From NCBI GenBank assembly GCA_964629875.1, contig CAZVRK010000008.1, positions 13,212 to 77,211 on the forward strand: 64,000 nucleotides of DNA, written 5' to 3'. Positions 49,298 through 57,954 of the stretch are shown one piece after another; the stretch's first letter is position 1, and each line of letters opens with the position of its first letter. The DNA is from an uncultured Dehalococcoidia bacterium (GTDB lineage: Bacteria; Chloroflexota; Dehalococcoidia; Lucifugimonadales; UBA3495). A program made the translations under genes and the position numbers. Under the pieces are notes generated by a model. That model was not told the origin of the DNA and ran no database searches. It saw nothing but the letters and a program-made list of their open reading frames with translations.

Positions 49298-50236
49298 TCA
49301 CACGCGACGTAATGGCCTTAATAAACGTTTGTCACCCTTATATAAAACCCCGATTGCCACTAGTCCTAATACAACTGCAAACCACAATGTAGCTAATCGT
49401 ATCAGCAAAACCGCTGACACAGCTTCACCTTTCTCCAACCCTATATTTACCAAAAAAGCGAGCATACTTACTTCGGTACCTACTAAACCTCCCGGTATTG
49501 CCGATATACCACCAACAATGGTAGACCAAGCGTATATAGGGACTGAAAACCACAAATTATTTTCTGTGCCCAATCCTTTCAGGATTAAGTATAAAGCAAT
49601 ACCTTCGCTAGCCCACGCTACAACTCCTAAGAGTGTAGCTATAATTAAGACTCTGACTTTCAATAAGACATCAAACGCAGACCTTGAAGAATCTATTTGT
49701 TGTTTCCATCTTGAGATAAATGGAACCCGATACAACAAATTACCTATCGAAGACTTAAAAAAGATTACAAACACCACCGAACTAGCTGTCAGAAAACAAC
49801 AAATAACAAGCACCTCTATAGGTATAAGTCCCAATCCAGTTAGACCTACTAACAAGACTGATACTAAATCGGTCAATCTTTCCATAATTACTACCGCTGC
49901 AGAGCGAGCCACCGGCATATTAGCTTGCTGCTTCAATAAGTAACATTTGAAAAATTCGCCCACCTTACCCGGTGTCACAGAAAGAGCTAACCCACTGAAG
50001 AACACCAGTACACTGGCGCGGAATGGAAGATTCACATGAAGAACTTTTAGATAATACGCCCATCTAACAAATCGGACCCCATAATTTACTAACGCAAGAA
50101 TTAATGCGAATAAGAAATAATGTTTAGGGTAATCCGATACTATTCGAATTACTTCTCTAAAATCTCCATACATTGCCAACCCTATGAATACTAGCACTGA
50201 GACGGAAACAATTAGGACTAATTTAAATCTATTCAC
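49298..50236 (-). CDS. flippase-like / lysylphosphatidylglycerol-synthase TM-region family membrane protein (UPF0104)
   Basis: 312 aa, about 8 spans. VRFVRWAYYLKVL, SVTPGKVGEF and IMERLTDL match the TIGR00374 / LPG_synthase_TM pattern. The start overlaps the larB stop by 8 nt. Confidence 0.72.
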   Translation of the reverse strand: MNRFKLVLIVSVSVLVFIGLAMYGDFREVIRIVSDYPKHYFLFALILALVNYGVRFVRWAYYLKVLHVNLPFRASVLVFFSGLALSVTPGKVGEFFKCYLLKQQANMPVARSAAVVIMERLTDLVSVLLVGLTGLGLIPIEVLVICCFLTASSVVFVIFFKSSIGNLLYRVPFISRWKQQIDSSRSAFDVLLKVRVLIIATLLGVVAWASEGIALYLILKGLGTENNLWFSVPIYAWSTIVGGISAIPGGLVGTEVSMLAFLVNIGLEKGEAVSAVLLIRLATLWFAVVLGLVAIGVLYKGDKRLLRPLRRV

Positions 50237-50993
50237 TTTTTGAAATTACGCCTTGATTGATTTGGGCTGCCAAATACCCGGCGCCGAATCCATTGTCGAT
50301 ATTTACGGTAGCAACACCTGGAGCACAGCTGTTAAGCATCCCCAACAACGCTGACAATCCTTCAAAATTAGATCCATATCCTACACTTGTCGGCACTGCC
50401 ACAATAGGCACAGATACTAATCCAGCAAGCACACTGGCAATAGCAGCCTCCATACCAGCTATAACAATGATGACATTTGAGTCTCTCAGTATAGACAATG
50501 AATCAAACAACCTATGAATGCCCGCGACGCCAACATCGTTAACTCGAACCACTTCATTACCCATTACTTCGGCCGTGACAACTGCTTCTTCTGCAATATT
50601 TAAATCCGCAGTCCCTGCTGCAACTACGCTTATACCAGGTCGGGATATAGTTTCAGAGTCGGGGCGGATTATAATAGCGCTTGCTAATTCATTGAACTCT
50701 GCATCGCTAGAAATTTCTTGGACATACTTAAACGTCTCCACATTCGTCTTTGTAACGAGTACAGGCTGATTTCGCCCTAGCATAGATTGGACTATTCCAA
50801 CAACCTGCTCCGGAGTCTTTCCGGGTCCAAATATAACTTCTGGATGTCCAGTACGAGTCGGGCGATGGTGATCCACTTTCGCAAAGCCTATATCTTCATA
50901 AAAAGTTGAGCCAATTTCAGTAAGCACGTCCTCGACACTCATAGTACCGACATTCAAAGCGTTGAGAATATCTCGCAAATCTCGTGGTTTCAT
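50229..50993 (-). CDS. larB: nickel-pincer cofactor biosynthesis protein LarB (PurE-like NaAD carboxylase/hydrolase)
   Basis: ...VDHHRPTRTGHPEVIFGPGKTPEQV..., ...VVAAGTADL..AEEA..., ...VIIVIAGMEAAIASVLAGLVSVPIVAVPTSVGYG... are LarB-specific blocks on a PurE-like fold. Confidence 0.85.
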   Translation of the reverse strand: MKPRDLRDILNALNVGTMSVEDVLTEIGSTFYEDIGFAKVDHHRPTRTGHPEVIFGPGKTPEQVVGIVQSMLGRNQPVLVTKTNVETFKYVQEISSDAEFNELASAIIIRPDSETISRPGISVVAAGTADLNIAEEAVVTAEVMGNEVVRVNDVGVAGIHRLFDSLSILRDSNVIIVIAGMEAAIASVLAGLVSVPIVAVPTSVGYGSNFEGLSALLGMLNSCAPGVATVNIDNGFGAGYLAAQINQGVISKSE

Positions 50994-50996
50994 ATA

Positions 50997-51161
50997 CTAG
51001 CTTATTGTCCTCTTAGGCTTCAGGATTGGTGTTTCAAAATGGTCAAACGCATAGATAACGTCATCCTCCTCGACCCTTGCTACTACCAAATCTATTATTA
51101 CGGCTGAAATCACTTCACTATTCTCCAATAATATTACTAAGTTATAAGGACCATCTGGCAT
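50997..51161 (-). CDS. possible small protein (54 aa) immediately upstream of larB
   Basis: Below the ORF-track size cut-off. Reads MPDGPYNLVILLENSEVISAVIIDLVVARVEEDDVIYAFDHFETPILKPKRTIS, with its TAG ending 3 nt before the larB ATG. No SD seen, so weak. Confidence 0.25.
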   Translation of the reverse strand: MPDGPYNLVILLENSEVISAVIIDLVVARVEEDDVIYAFDHFETPILKPKRTIS

Positions 51162-51342
51162 TATATGCTTATATATCGACTTAATAGAAATATATCCCTG
51201 TTAGTGAAGATTCCAGATTGTCGTCGGATTCAATAACATATTATGTCAATTAGCAACTAAACACATTCAATACGTGATCACTTTTGTTGATATCGTGACA
51301 GATGTTCTCACAAATAGCACTATACAACATCATTTTACGACT

Positions 51343-51371
51343 TTGACACTAAACACTGAACCATGTAGCAT
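51343..51371 (+). promoter_or_regulatory. putative promoter of the PEPCK-like / DapA-like gene pair
   Basis: TTGACA (51343-51348), 17-nt spacer, TAGCAT (51366-51371); 71 nt upstream of the TTG start. Confidence 0.5.
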
Positions 51372-51442
51372 AGTCGGCGCCATATTACGGCTAAATCCCC
51401 GCATTATTTCGCAATAATCGCCATCATAATTAAGAGGTTCTT

Positions 51443-53728
51443 TTGACTGACAAAAGCCATACATCTCAATCAACATCTCGACTGTCAGGCCCACCAGTAA
51501 ATCCCAAGTTTCGTAGCGCGTTAGATGAACTGGTAGCTCTAGCACACCAAGGCCAATCGCCACAAAGCGAAGTATACAATCCTTCTGATGAGTGGCTAAC
51601 CACAAGAATGCCTATTTTGGATGATCTTCCACAAGAACAACAAGAGAAAATTCTTCAAGAAGTAGCAGAGCTAGAGAAGGTAGCAGAGGAAGCCAACTCA
51701 GTTGGCAAGGCAGCCACAAGAGTCTGGCCCGAAGCCGTAGTAAGGCTAGATAATGGAGGTCTTGATTTCTTTAGCCAACTCGGGGTAGTTCGCCGCCCAG
51801 ATTTAACTCAATACTTTGTAGACGGATTCGAAGCAAACCGAGACGGAATAGCATTTAGTTCTGAAAACCAAGAGCTATTCTCAGAAGTATTCGAATACAT
51901 ATCCGCGGCCATGCGATCACACTTTAAAGACGCGACTACTATTATCCAAACTGATCGTCAGATCGCAGATGCGCCAGGTCGGTCATTTCACGCCCGGCAG
52001 TTACTATTTGGGGTGAGATACCTCCAACTTCCATACATGTGGAAACAGTTGACTTTTGACCTACCTGAGCCAGAATACCAGAATACTCCAGACATAATAG
52101 AAGTTACCATCCCGAACTGGCTGGAGGATTTAGGTTTACCAGATAGTCTAAAATCACGAATCAATGAGTCAGGATTAACTCAACTAATATTCAAAGCTCC
52201 GACAAAAGGATTATCTCTGCATTTGGGATTTGACTATGCCGGCGAGCACAAAATGGGGCCTCTATCTATAGCCATGTTCCTAGTTAAACAGAATAACGGA
52301 TTGGCAGTCCAAGCTTCTTTAAGCGTGGCTAGGGCAAAAACCATAGAAGGCCAATATAAGAATACCGGTATGGTCACTATTGGCCCGTCACTTCACGGAA
52401 AAAGCACCCTAACTATCATGATAGAACTTGCCAATAGCGCTCTGGGAGAACTCCTCCGACTCCAACCTGACCCGTCAGAGGGTGTATACCCAATGAACGA
52501 TGATATTGTACTTCTCCAACCATTATCAAATCCCATTGAAACGACCAGAGGTGAGAATCGAATTAGAATATCTCATGGAATCGATGGTACGGAGAACAAC
52601 TTTTACGCCGTGCCATTCGGACTAACTCATGAGGACGATCCAATAACGTACGATGTGGTCCGGGGTACTATTGACTCCCCGAACCCTCAGGAGACGCTAG
52701 AAAACGTCCCCGTTCATACATCTGACCGTACGCCGAACTATTTGGAAAATCCTGTCCGAAATATGCGTATGATTTTATCCAGATCACGGTTACTAGCTCG
52801 TAAAGGAACTGATAAACTTCTTGGCTCTATGACTCAAGACAGAGTATCTGACTCAGTTCACGTTCCTATGGACCACACCGATCAAGTCTTCTTTCAAGCA
52901 GTGATGCGACAAAACACCATTATCCCACCTCTCAGAAAATTAAATCTGGACCAATACATTCGAGTACTGATGTATGGGGAAGCAGTCCAAATGGGTGCCG
53001 CCATCGGGGCTATAGGACAACCGTATGTTGAATACTTTTCAGATCCTTTCATCATTGGACTTGAAGATGAAAACGCCAACCTAATGTATTACATACTTCA
53101 ACAGATGGAACGTGGCGGTCTACCACATAGTTATTATGTGTTTAACACCGGAGGGGTAGGAGCAGATTCAAATGAGCAAGCCACAGGAGATAAGTACAAA
53201 AAAATACCCAGGGAACTAACTTTAATGCTCCAAGAGGCTGTACTCAGGGAAGCAGTTAAGTTTCAATATGACGCCACCTTAGGATCAGAAGTAGCCGTAG
53301 CAATCGTAGACGAAGATGGTAACGAAATTATGGATCTCCGGAACGATTGGTTGCCAATCAACATATATGGGGAATCCAGTTATACAGAAAGAGTGACACA
53401 ACTTCGGAGGAGACGGTACTACGGACTGGATTCCGCTGACAAAGCAGGAATATTAAGATATACCAAAGTAACAGATACCCTCATGGACATGAGTGATATA
53501 CCAGCACCTCAGAACGAACGCGAATTAGCGTGGCTCTTATCATTCTCGTGGAATGTTGACGAAGCATACAATTCTCTAAAAGAACTTTCCGAACACTTAA
53601 CAGAGGGCTATAGACCTATTCCACACCTGCTAAGAGAGCTACGCAGCAAATATGAGTCTGGACTACAAACAGGATTAGAAATATCAGAATCGGGACAAGC
53701 AGCTCTGTCCGACCTCGGCCTCAAATAG
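51443..53728 (+). CDS. divergent PEP carboxykinase (ATP)-fold protein, function unknown
   Basis: 761 aa. TTG start with AAGAGG 5 nt upstream. The core (residues about 255-665) is collinear with PckA blocks: YAGEHKMG (cf YGGEMKKG), GPSLHGKSTLT (cf GLSGTGKTTLS), NDDIVLL (cf GDDEHGW), ETLENVPV (cf LLENV), NMRMIL (cf NTRVSYP), IIPPLRKLNLDQ (cf VLPPVSKLT..Q), FNTGGVG (cf VNTGWNG), KKIPRELTLMLQEAVL (cf KRISIK.TRAIIDAIL). Confidence 0.7.
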   Translation: MTDKSHTSQSTSRLSGPPVNPKFRSALDELVALAHQGQSPQSEVYNPSDEWLTTRMPILDDLPQEQQEKILQEVAELEKVAEEANSVGKAATRVWPEAVVRLDNGGLDFFSQLGVVRRPDLTQYFVDGFEANRDGIAFSSENQELFSEVFEYISAAMRSHFKDATTIIQTDRQIADAPGRSFHARQLLFGVRYLQLPYMWKQLTFDLPEPEYQNTPDIIEVTIPNWLEDLGLPDSLKSRINESGLTQLIFKAPTKGLSLHLGFDYAGEHKMGPLSIAMFLVKQNNGLAVQASLSVARAKTIEGQYKNTGMVTIGPSLHGKSTLTIMIELANSALGELLRLQPDPSEGVYPMNDDIVLLQPLSNPIETTRGENRIRISHGIDGTENNFYAVPFGLTHEDDPITYDVVRGTIDSPNPQETLENVPVHTSDRTPNYLENPVRNMRMILSRSRLLARKGTDKLLGSMTQDRVSDSVHVPMDHTDQVFFQAVMRQNTIIPPLRKLNLDQYIRVLMYGEAVQMGAAIGAIGQPYVEYFSDPFIIGLEDENANLMYYILQQMERGGLPHSYYVFNTGGVGADSNEQATGDKYKKIPRELTLMLQEAVLREAVKFQYDATLGSEVAVAIVDEDGNEIMDLRNDWLPINIYGESSYTERVTQLRRRRYYGLDSADKAGILRYTKVTDTLMDMSDIPAPQNERELAWLLSFSWNVDEAYNSLKELSEHLTEGYRPIPHLLRELRSKYESGLQTGLEISESGQAALSDLGLK

Positions 53729-53751
53729 AGTCAAGTGAATAGGAATACGTT

Positions 53752-54642
53752 ATGACACAAAGATTTACAGGCGTACATTGGATGCTCGCAACCCCGTTTA
53801 ATGATGACGAGAGTATTGATCTTAATTCAATAGAAAACCTGGTTTCGGAAGCTAGATCTAGCGGTTGCGAAGGCGTTGTTGCCCTGGGAGTCACAGGAGA
53901 GGCCGCACGAATGACGGACGAGGAGCGAATCGCTGTAGCCAAAAAAGTTATTCATAGCGCAGGTACATTACCTGTAACACTTGGTGCAACTGGAGCTGGC
54001 ACAAAGGCCACAGTCGATTATTGCGTACAAGCACAAGAGATCGGAGCAGCAGCAGTAATGGTTTCAGCACCGAGCATGGGGAAACCAAATCTCGACTCTT
54101 TGTTAATTCATTATGAAAGGATTGCTGAGTCCATAGATATCCCGATTGTCGTCCAAGATTACCCTCAAACTTCTGGAGTTCAGATGCCTCCCGCATTTTT
54201 TGGCCGTGTAGTGGAGAATATACCTAAAGCCCATTATCTGAAATTAGAGGATCCTCCCACTCCGACTAAGATAACAGCGATTAAAGATGTCATAGGCGAC
54301 AAAATGTCTATTTTTGGTGGACTAGGAGGTGTGTTCTTACTGGATGAATTACGTAGAGGCTCCTCCGGAGCAATGACAGGATTTGCATATCCCGAGGTCC
54401 TAGTAGCTATCTGTAACCATATGTATGCAGGAGAAACATCTGCTGCTGAATCCATATTTAGGACAAATTTGCCGGCCTTTTTGTTTGAATTCCAGGAGGG
54501 GATAGGAGTAGCGATAAGAAAACAATCATTATTCGAACGAGGCCTAATCAAATCCCCACGCGTACGCCATCCAGGCCCTCAAATAACTAACTCCACAAAA
54601 ACCGAACTAATTGAACTACTAACCAGTGTCGGTCTCAGATAA
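53752..54642 (+). CDS. dihydrodipicolinate synthase (DapA/NAL) family class I aldolase-like protein
   Basis: 296 aa. ...GVVALGVTGEAARMTDEER..., ...PIVVQDYP..., ...YLKLED... are family blocks. It lies 23 nt downstream of the preceding gene, with AGGAA SD. Confidence 0.82.
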   Translation: MTQRFTGVHWMLATPFNDDESIDLNSIENLVSEARSSGCEGVVALGVTGEAARMTDEERIAVAKKVIHSAGTLPVTLGATGAGTKATVDYCVQAQEIGAAAVMVSAPSMGKPNLDSLLIHYERIAESIDIPIVVQDYPQTSGVQMPPAFFGRVVENIPKAHYLKLEDPPTPTKITAIKDVIGDKMSIFGGLGGVFLLDELRRGSSGAMTGFAYPEVLVAICNHMYAGETSAAESIFRTNLPAFLFEFQEGIGVAIRKQSLFERGLIKSPRVRHPGPQITNSTKTELIELLTSVGLR

Positions 54643-54675
54643 CCATCAAATCTCACTTTTGGCCGATATTAAGAG

Positions 54676-55935
54676 CTATGCGATTTCAACCGGCTTTATT
54701 GGAGGTTTAGCTGAAAGCCCCATTAAAACCGTGATTCCACCCAGAATTGCAAACCCATAAAAAGCTGACATGTAAGTTCCTGTGACATCAAACACATAGC
54801 CTGATAACACCGCTCCAATTGCCTGCCCTCCGGCCAGCATAGATTCTGTAACACCCCTTATAGATCCGAGTGAGCTGCGGCCAAAATAGTCAGCATACGC
54901 AATAGGAGGTACCACTAGCATACCGGCAACTCCGACACCGAATAAACCTGCATAGGCTAGAGCCTCAATGTTTGTATCTGCTTGAGGGAATAATCCTATA
55001 GACAGTGCTATCACCATTGCAACTGCAGCAAAGACAAATCTGACTGGTACTTTTTCAGCTAGCCACCCCCAAGCTAAGGTGCCAACACCAGCCATCACAC
55101 CACTGCCACTAACAGCGAGTGCTGATATCCTTAGGCTAAGACCCTGATCAATAAAATACGCTCCCTGATGCATATTAGTACCAGATTGAATCAAGTATAG
55201 GAATCCAGTACCTATCGCTAATAACCACAACGACCGGGTACCAATTGCCTCTCTAACGTTCCACTTAGGCTCTTCAGTGGTTGCCTCTCCGACTTCATCT
55301 TCCGATTTATTAGAGGTATCTCCATCTGGAAGCAATCCCACATCTTCAGGGCTTTGGCGAATGAATATTAGTACTGGCAGGAGAGCAAACACCCACACCA
55401 TGGCTCCCAATAGAATCCAGGCTTGTTGCCAACCTCTAGATTGAATAAATATAAACGCCACGTACGGGAATACTGCCATTCCTACAGCATGACAGAAAAA
55501 TAAAATCCCATTTGCTCTACCCCTCATCTTTACAAACCATCTGGACACTACAACAGACGCACCTATGGGAATAGGCCCAGTGAATAGCACTCTGCCAAAC
55601 CCAAAAGCAGCATAAAATGTCACCAGCAACGTGGCCCATGAGAGGGAAACTGTAGTTATCCCAAGCAAAAATACCCCTGTTAACAACACCCATCTAACGC
55701 CAAATTTGTCACAAGCCCAACCAGTTACAGGAGCGCCGACTATTGAGAGAAGACCTCCCAAACTTGCGGCCCCAGCTATCTCTGTTCTAGACCATCCCAG
55801 GTCAGCTTCCATTGGATACACGAATACTGCAATGGTTAAACTACCAGCAGCATTCCTGACGAACATTGATAATCCAGCAGAGAGTACTATTACCCACCCA
55901 TAGTAGAATGGTAAACGATTAACGTATCGGTTCAA
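54676..55935 (-). CDS. MFS transporter
   Basis: 419 aa, 12 spans. N-terminal ...PFYYGWVIV... (OFA-like) and loop WACDKFGVRW. Confidence 0.85.
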   Translation of the reverse strand: MNRYVNRLPFYYGWVIVLSAGLSMFVRNAAGSLTIAVFVYPMEADLGWSRTEIAGAASLGGLLSIVGAPVTGWACDKFGVRWVLLTGVFLLGITTVSLSWATLLVTFYAAFGFGRVLFTGPIPIGASVVVSRWFVKMRGRANGILFFCHAVGMAVFPYVAFIFIQSRGWQQAWILLGAMVWVFALLPVLIFIRQSPEDVGLLPDGDTSNKSEDEVGEATTEEPKWNVREAIGTRSLWLLAIGTGFLYLIQSGTNMHQGAYFIDQGLSLRISALAVSGSGVMAGVGTLAWGWLAEKVPVRFVFAAVAMVIALSIGLFPQADTNIEALAYAGLFGVGVAGMLVVPPIAYADYFGRSSLGSIRGVTESMLAGGQAIGAVLSGYVFDVTGTYMSAFYGFAILGGITVLMGLSAKPPIKPVEIA

Positions 55936-56312
55936 TCTACAATCTCTTCCAAAGTATCTGCTTCCTTTTTTTCACTTTTAAGAGCAGCATACATTGCACC
56001 CAGCGCGCTCATACTACCAGAATACAGTGTTAGTATTACCACCAGGATCCAAATGAAAGCAACTTTATTCGGGCTAATATCAAGCACTGCAATCAGCGCA
56101 AGTGCTATCAGTATAAAAACTGCTAGACTAAAAACTCCGATCCAGGCACCATATTTTAGCCCTCTGATAGATGGAGAATCAGTTCTATCTTTGGCAAATG
56201 AAATACCCACATAGCCGGCAATGAATGGACTAATTGGCCACGTAAAGTGAACAACTGGGATTAGAAGATATCCCACAATAATACCTAATCCTACAAGAAT
56301 CCCTATACCCAT
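55932..56312 (-). CDS. small integral membrane protein (4 predicted spans)
   Basis: 126 aa, hydrophobic. The stop overlaps the downstream MFS start (4-nt overlap), suggesting co-translation. No family recognised. Confidence 0.5.
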   Translation of the reverse strand: MGIGILVGLGIIVGYLLIPVVHFTWPISPFIAGYVGISFAKDRTDSPSIRGLKYGAWIGVFSLAVFILIALALIAVLDISPNKVAFIWILVVILTLYSGSMSALGAMYAALKSEKKEADTLEEIVD

Positions 56313-56479
56313 TAGGTTCCCTCTTTATATTATTGAACTCGCTCAAAAATGATAGGGTTTATATAACAAGCCTATGCCATATTCAAAGCACTAAATAAAT
56401 CAAGCAAAAAAGCGCGCGTGTAAGTATACTTGATTATTAGTAATATTAAGAGCCCTAACTCACATAGGGAAGAAGGAAT

Positions 56480-57184
56480 ATGTCTACGATTAACACCGAT
56501 AAAATTAAAACACTAACTTTCGATATATTTGGAACAGTTCTTGACCTAGCAGGTAGCTTAATCCCTCCTACTCAAGAATTTTTATCAGCACACAACACGA
56601 ATATATCAGGCCAAATATTTTGGCAGGACTGGAGATCTCGCCAGAGGATAGAACAGTATCAAGACAATCTTCTAATGCTGGGACACTCTGGATATCAATC
56701 TACCTGTCGAAGAGCATTTATATACTGTTTAAATCTGCACAAGATCCCGTTTGAGGAAGATGAAATAGACGACTTCATGTCTGTATACCAAGCCCTCAAA
56801 CCATACCCTGATGCCATAGAAGGACTGACAAAACTCTCAAAGAGGTATGAATTAGTGGCTTTGTCCAACGGTGAACTAAACTTCTTAGAACATCTGGTAG
56901 AAAATAACATCAGAATCCCGTTCAATGCGATATTTTCGGTACAAAGTGTCGGTCAATTCAAACCGCATCCGAGCATATATAGATACGCTGCTCAATCATT
57001 GAACCAATCTCCCGAGGAGATAATGATGGTCGCTGCACACGCATTCGACATACTGGGCGCACAAAGTTGCGGTTACAAGAGTGCATACGTGAACAGATAC
57101 GACCTGCCAACAGAGTATTCAGCGTACCAGCCAGATTTAATAGTCGAAGATTTTCTAGAATTGTCCCAAATTTTATTAGCTTAG
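56480..57184 (+). CDS. haloacid dehalogenase type II (HAD superfamily)
   Basis: FDIFGTVLD (DxxGT nucleophile motif), ALSNG, FKPHPSIY, and a C-terminal ..AHAFD..GA...G are (S)-2-haloacid dehalogenase-type blocks. Confidence 0.82.
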   Translation: MSTINTDKIKTLTFDIFGTVLDLAGSLIPPTQEFLSAHNTNISGQIFWQDWRSRQRIEQYQDNLLMLGHSGYQSTCRRAFIYCLNLHKIPFEEDEIDDFMSVYQALKPYPDAIEGLTKLSKRYELVALSNGELNFLEHLVENNIRIPFNAIFSVQSVGQFKPHPSIYRYAAQSLNQSPEEIMMVAAHAFDILGAQSCGYKSAYVNRYDLPTEYSAYQPDLIVEDFLELSQILLA

Positions 57185-57262
57185 TTACAGTATGAATACG
57201 TTGGAAACTAAGAATCTCAGGTGTTATACTTCGGTAACAAGGCGACCCTAGGAGAGTTTGCG

Positions 57263-57694
57263 ATGCGGATACCTATGAAGGTCGATTACGGCGTACGAGC
57301 ACTCATGGAGCTTGCAACCAAATACGGCCAAGGCCAAGTTCAAACAGCTGATATAGCATCAAAGCAAGGGATCCCGGAATCATACCTAGAACAACTCATG
57401 GCCGCCCTTAGCAAAGAAGGGTTAGTAGAGAGTCGCAGGGGCCCCAGAGGCGGTCACTCTCTAAGCATGGATCCTTCTGAGATAACCCTGAGCATGGTAA
57501 TGAATACTCTGGAACCAAACAGTTCCCCGCTCGATTGCATAACCTCACCTGAAGACTGCATGTTTTCAATATCCTGCGCTCAGCAGGAAATATGGAAATC
57601 GGTTGAACAATCCATACACGACGTATTGAGTAGCATCACCCTAGACAATCTCATTCAAAGGCAAAATTACTTAACCGAAACAGTAATTACCTAA
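57263..57694 (+). CDS. Rrf2-family transcriptional regulator (CymR/IscR-like)
   Basis: MRIPMKVDYGVRALMELA......IA..QGIPESYLEQLMAALSKEGLVESRRGPRGGHSL. Start set at ATG 57263 (AGGAGAG 6 nt upstream). Confidence 0.85.
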   Translation: MRIPMKVDYGVRALMELATKYGQGQVQTADIASKQGIPESYLEQLMAALSKEGLVESRRGPRGGHSLSMDPSEITLSMVMNTLEPNSSPLDCITSPEDCMFSISCAQQEIWKSVEQSIHDVLSSITLDNLIQRQNYLTETVIT

Positions 57695-57735
57695 CTGACT
57701 ACACCAACCCTGAGAAGTAAAATCCGACCATGATC

Positions 57736-57764
57736 TTGACAAGGCATCGCACCCCGGATAGACT
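57736..57764 (+). promoter_or_regulatory. near-consensus promoter of the moeB-like / cysteine synthase leader
   Basis: TTGACA (57736-57741), 17-nt spacer, TAGACT (57759-57764). Confidence 0.55.
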
Positions 57765-57774
57765 CGAGTATTAG

Positions 57775-57828
57775 ATGAACACAAAAATCACTATTTACCA
57801 ATACTGTTGTAACTGTCCCCACAAATAG
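57775..57828 (+). CDS. putative Cys-rich leader peptide (17 aa) MNTKITIYQYCCNCPHK
   Basis: ATG sits 10 nt after the -10 box, so the mRNA is essentially leaderless. TGT TGT AAC TGT at 57805-57816. The stop TAG 57826-57828 lies inside the first hairpin. Confidence 0.45.
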   Translation: MNTKITIYQYCCNCPHK

Positions 57829-57902
57829 GGACAGGTTAAACACATTAGCCAATGAGCCTGTGCCCGACCGGATTAAGATCCAGTAAGGAGCGCGGGCTTT
57901 TT
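57813..57902 (+). promoter_or_regulatory. putative transcription attenuator (alternative hairpins 1:2, 2:3, 3:4 plus U-tract)
   Basis: 1:2 is CTGTCCC (57813-19) / GGGACAG (57828-34). 2:3 is GGGACAGG (57828-35) / CCTGT-G-CCC (57857-65). 3:4 is GCCCG (57862-66) / CGGGC (57893-97) with an inner GGAT/ATCC helix, then TTTTT (57898-57902). Confidence 0.5.
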
Positions 57903-57954
57903 ACTTGTATACGGGACAATATTTCGAGGTAATATTACTGGAGGTAACCAGAAA

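Noticed and set aside
51330-51605. A 91-aa minus-strand ORF overlapping the start of the PEPCK-like gene.
   Set aside because: It overlaps the predicted promoter, SD and the first 54 codons of a much longer, motif-supported gene on the other strand. It has no SD.
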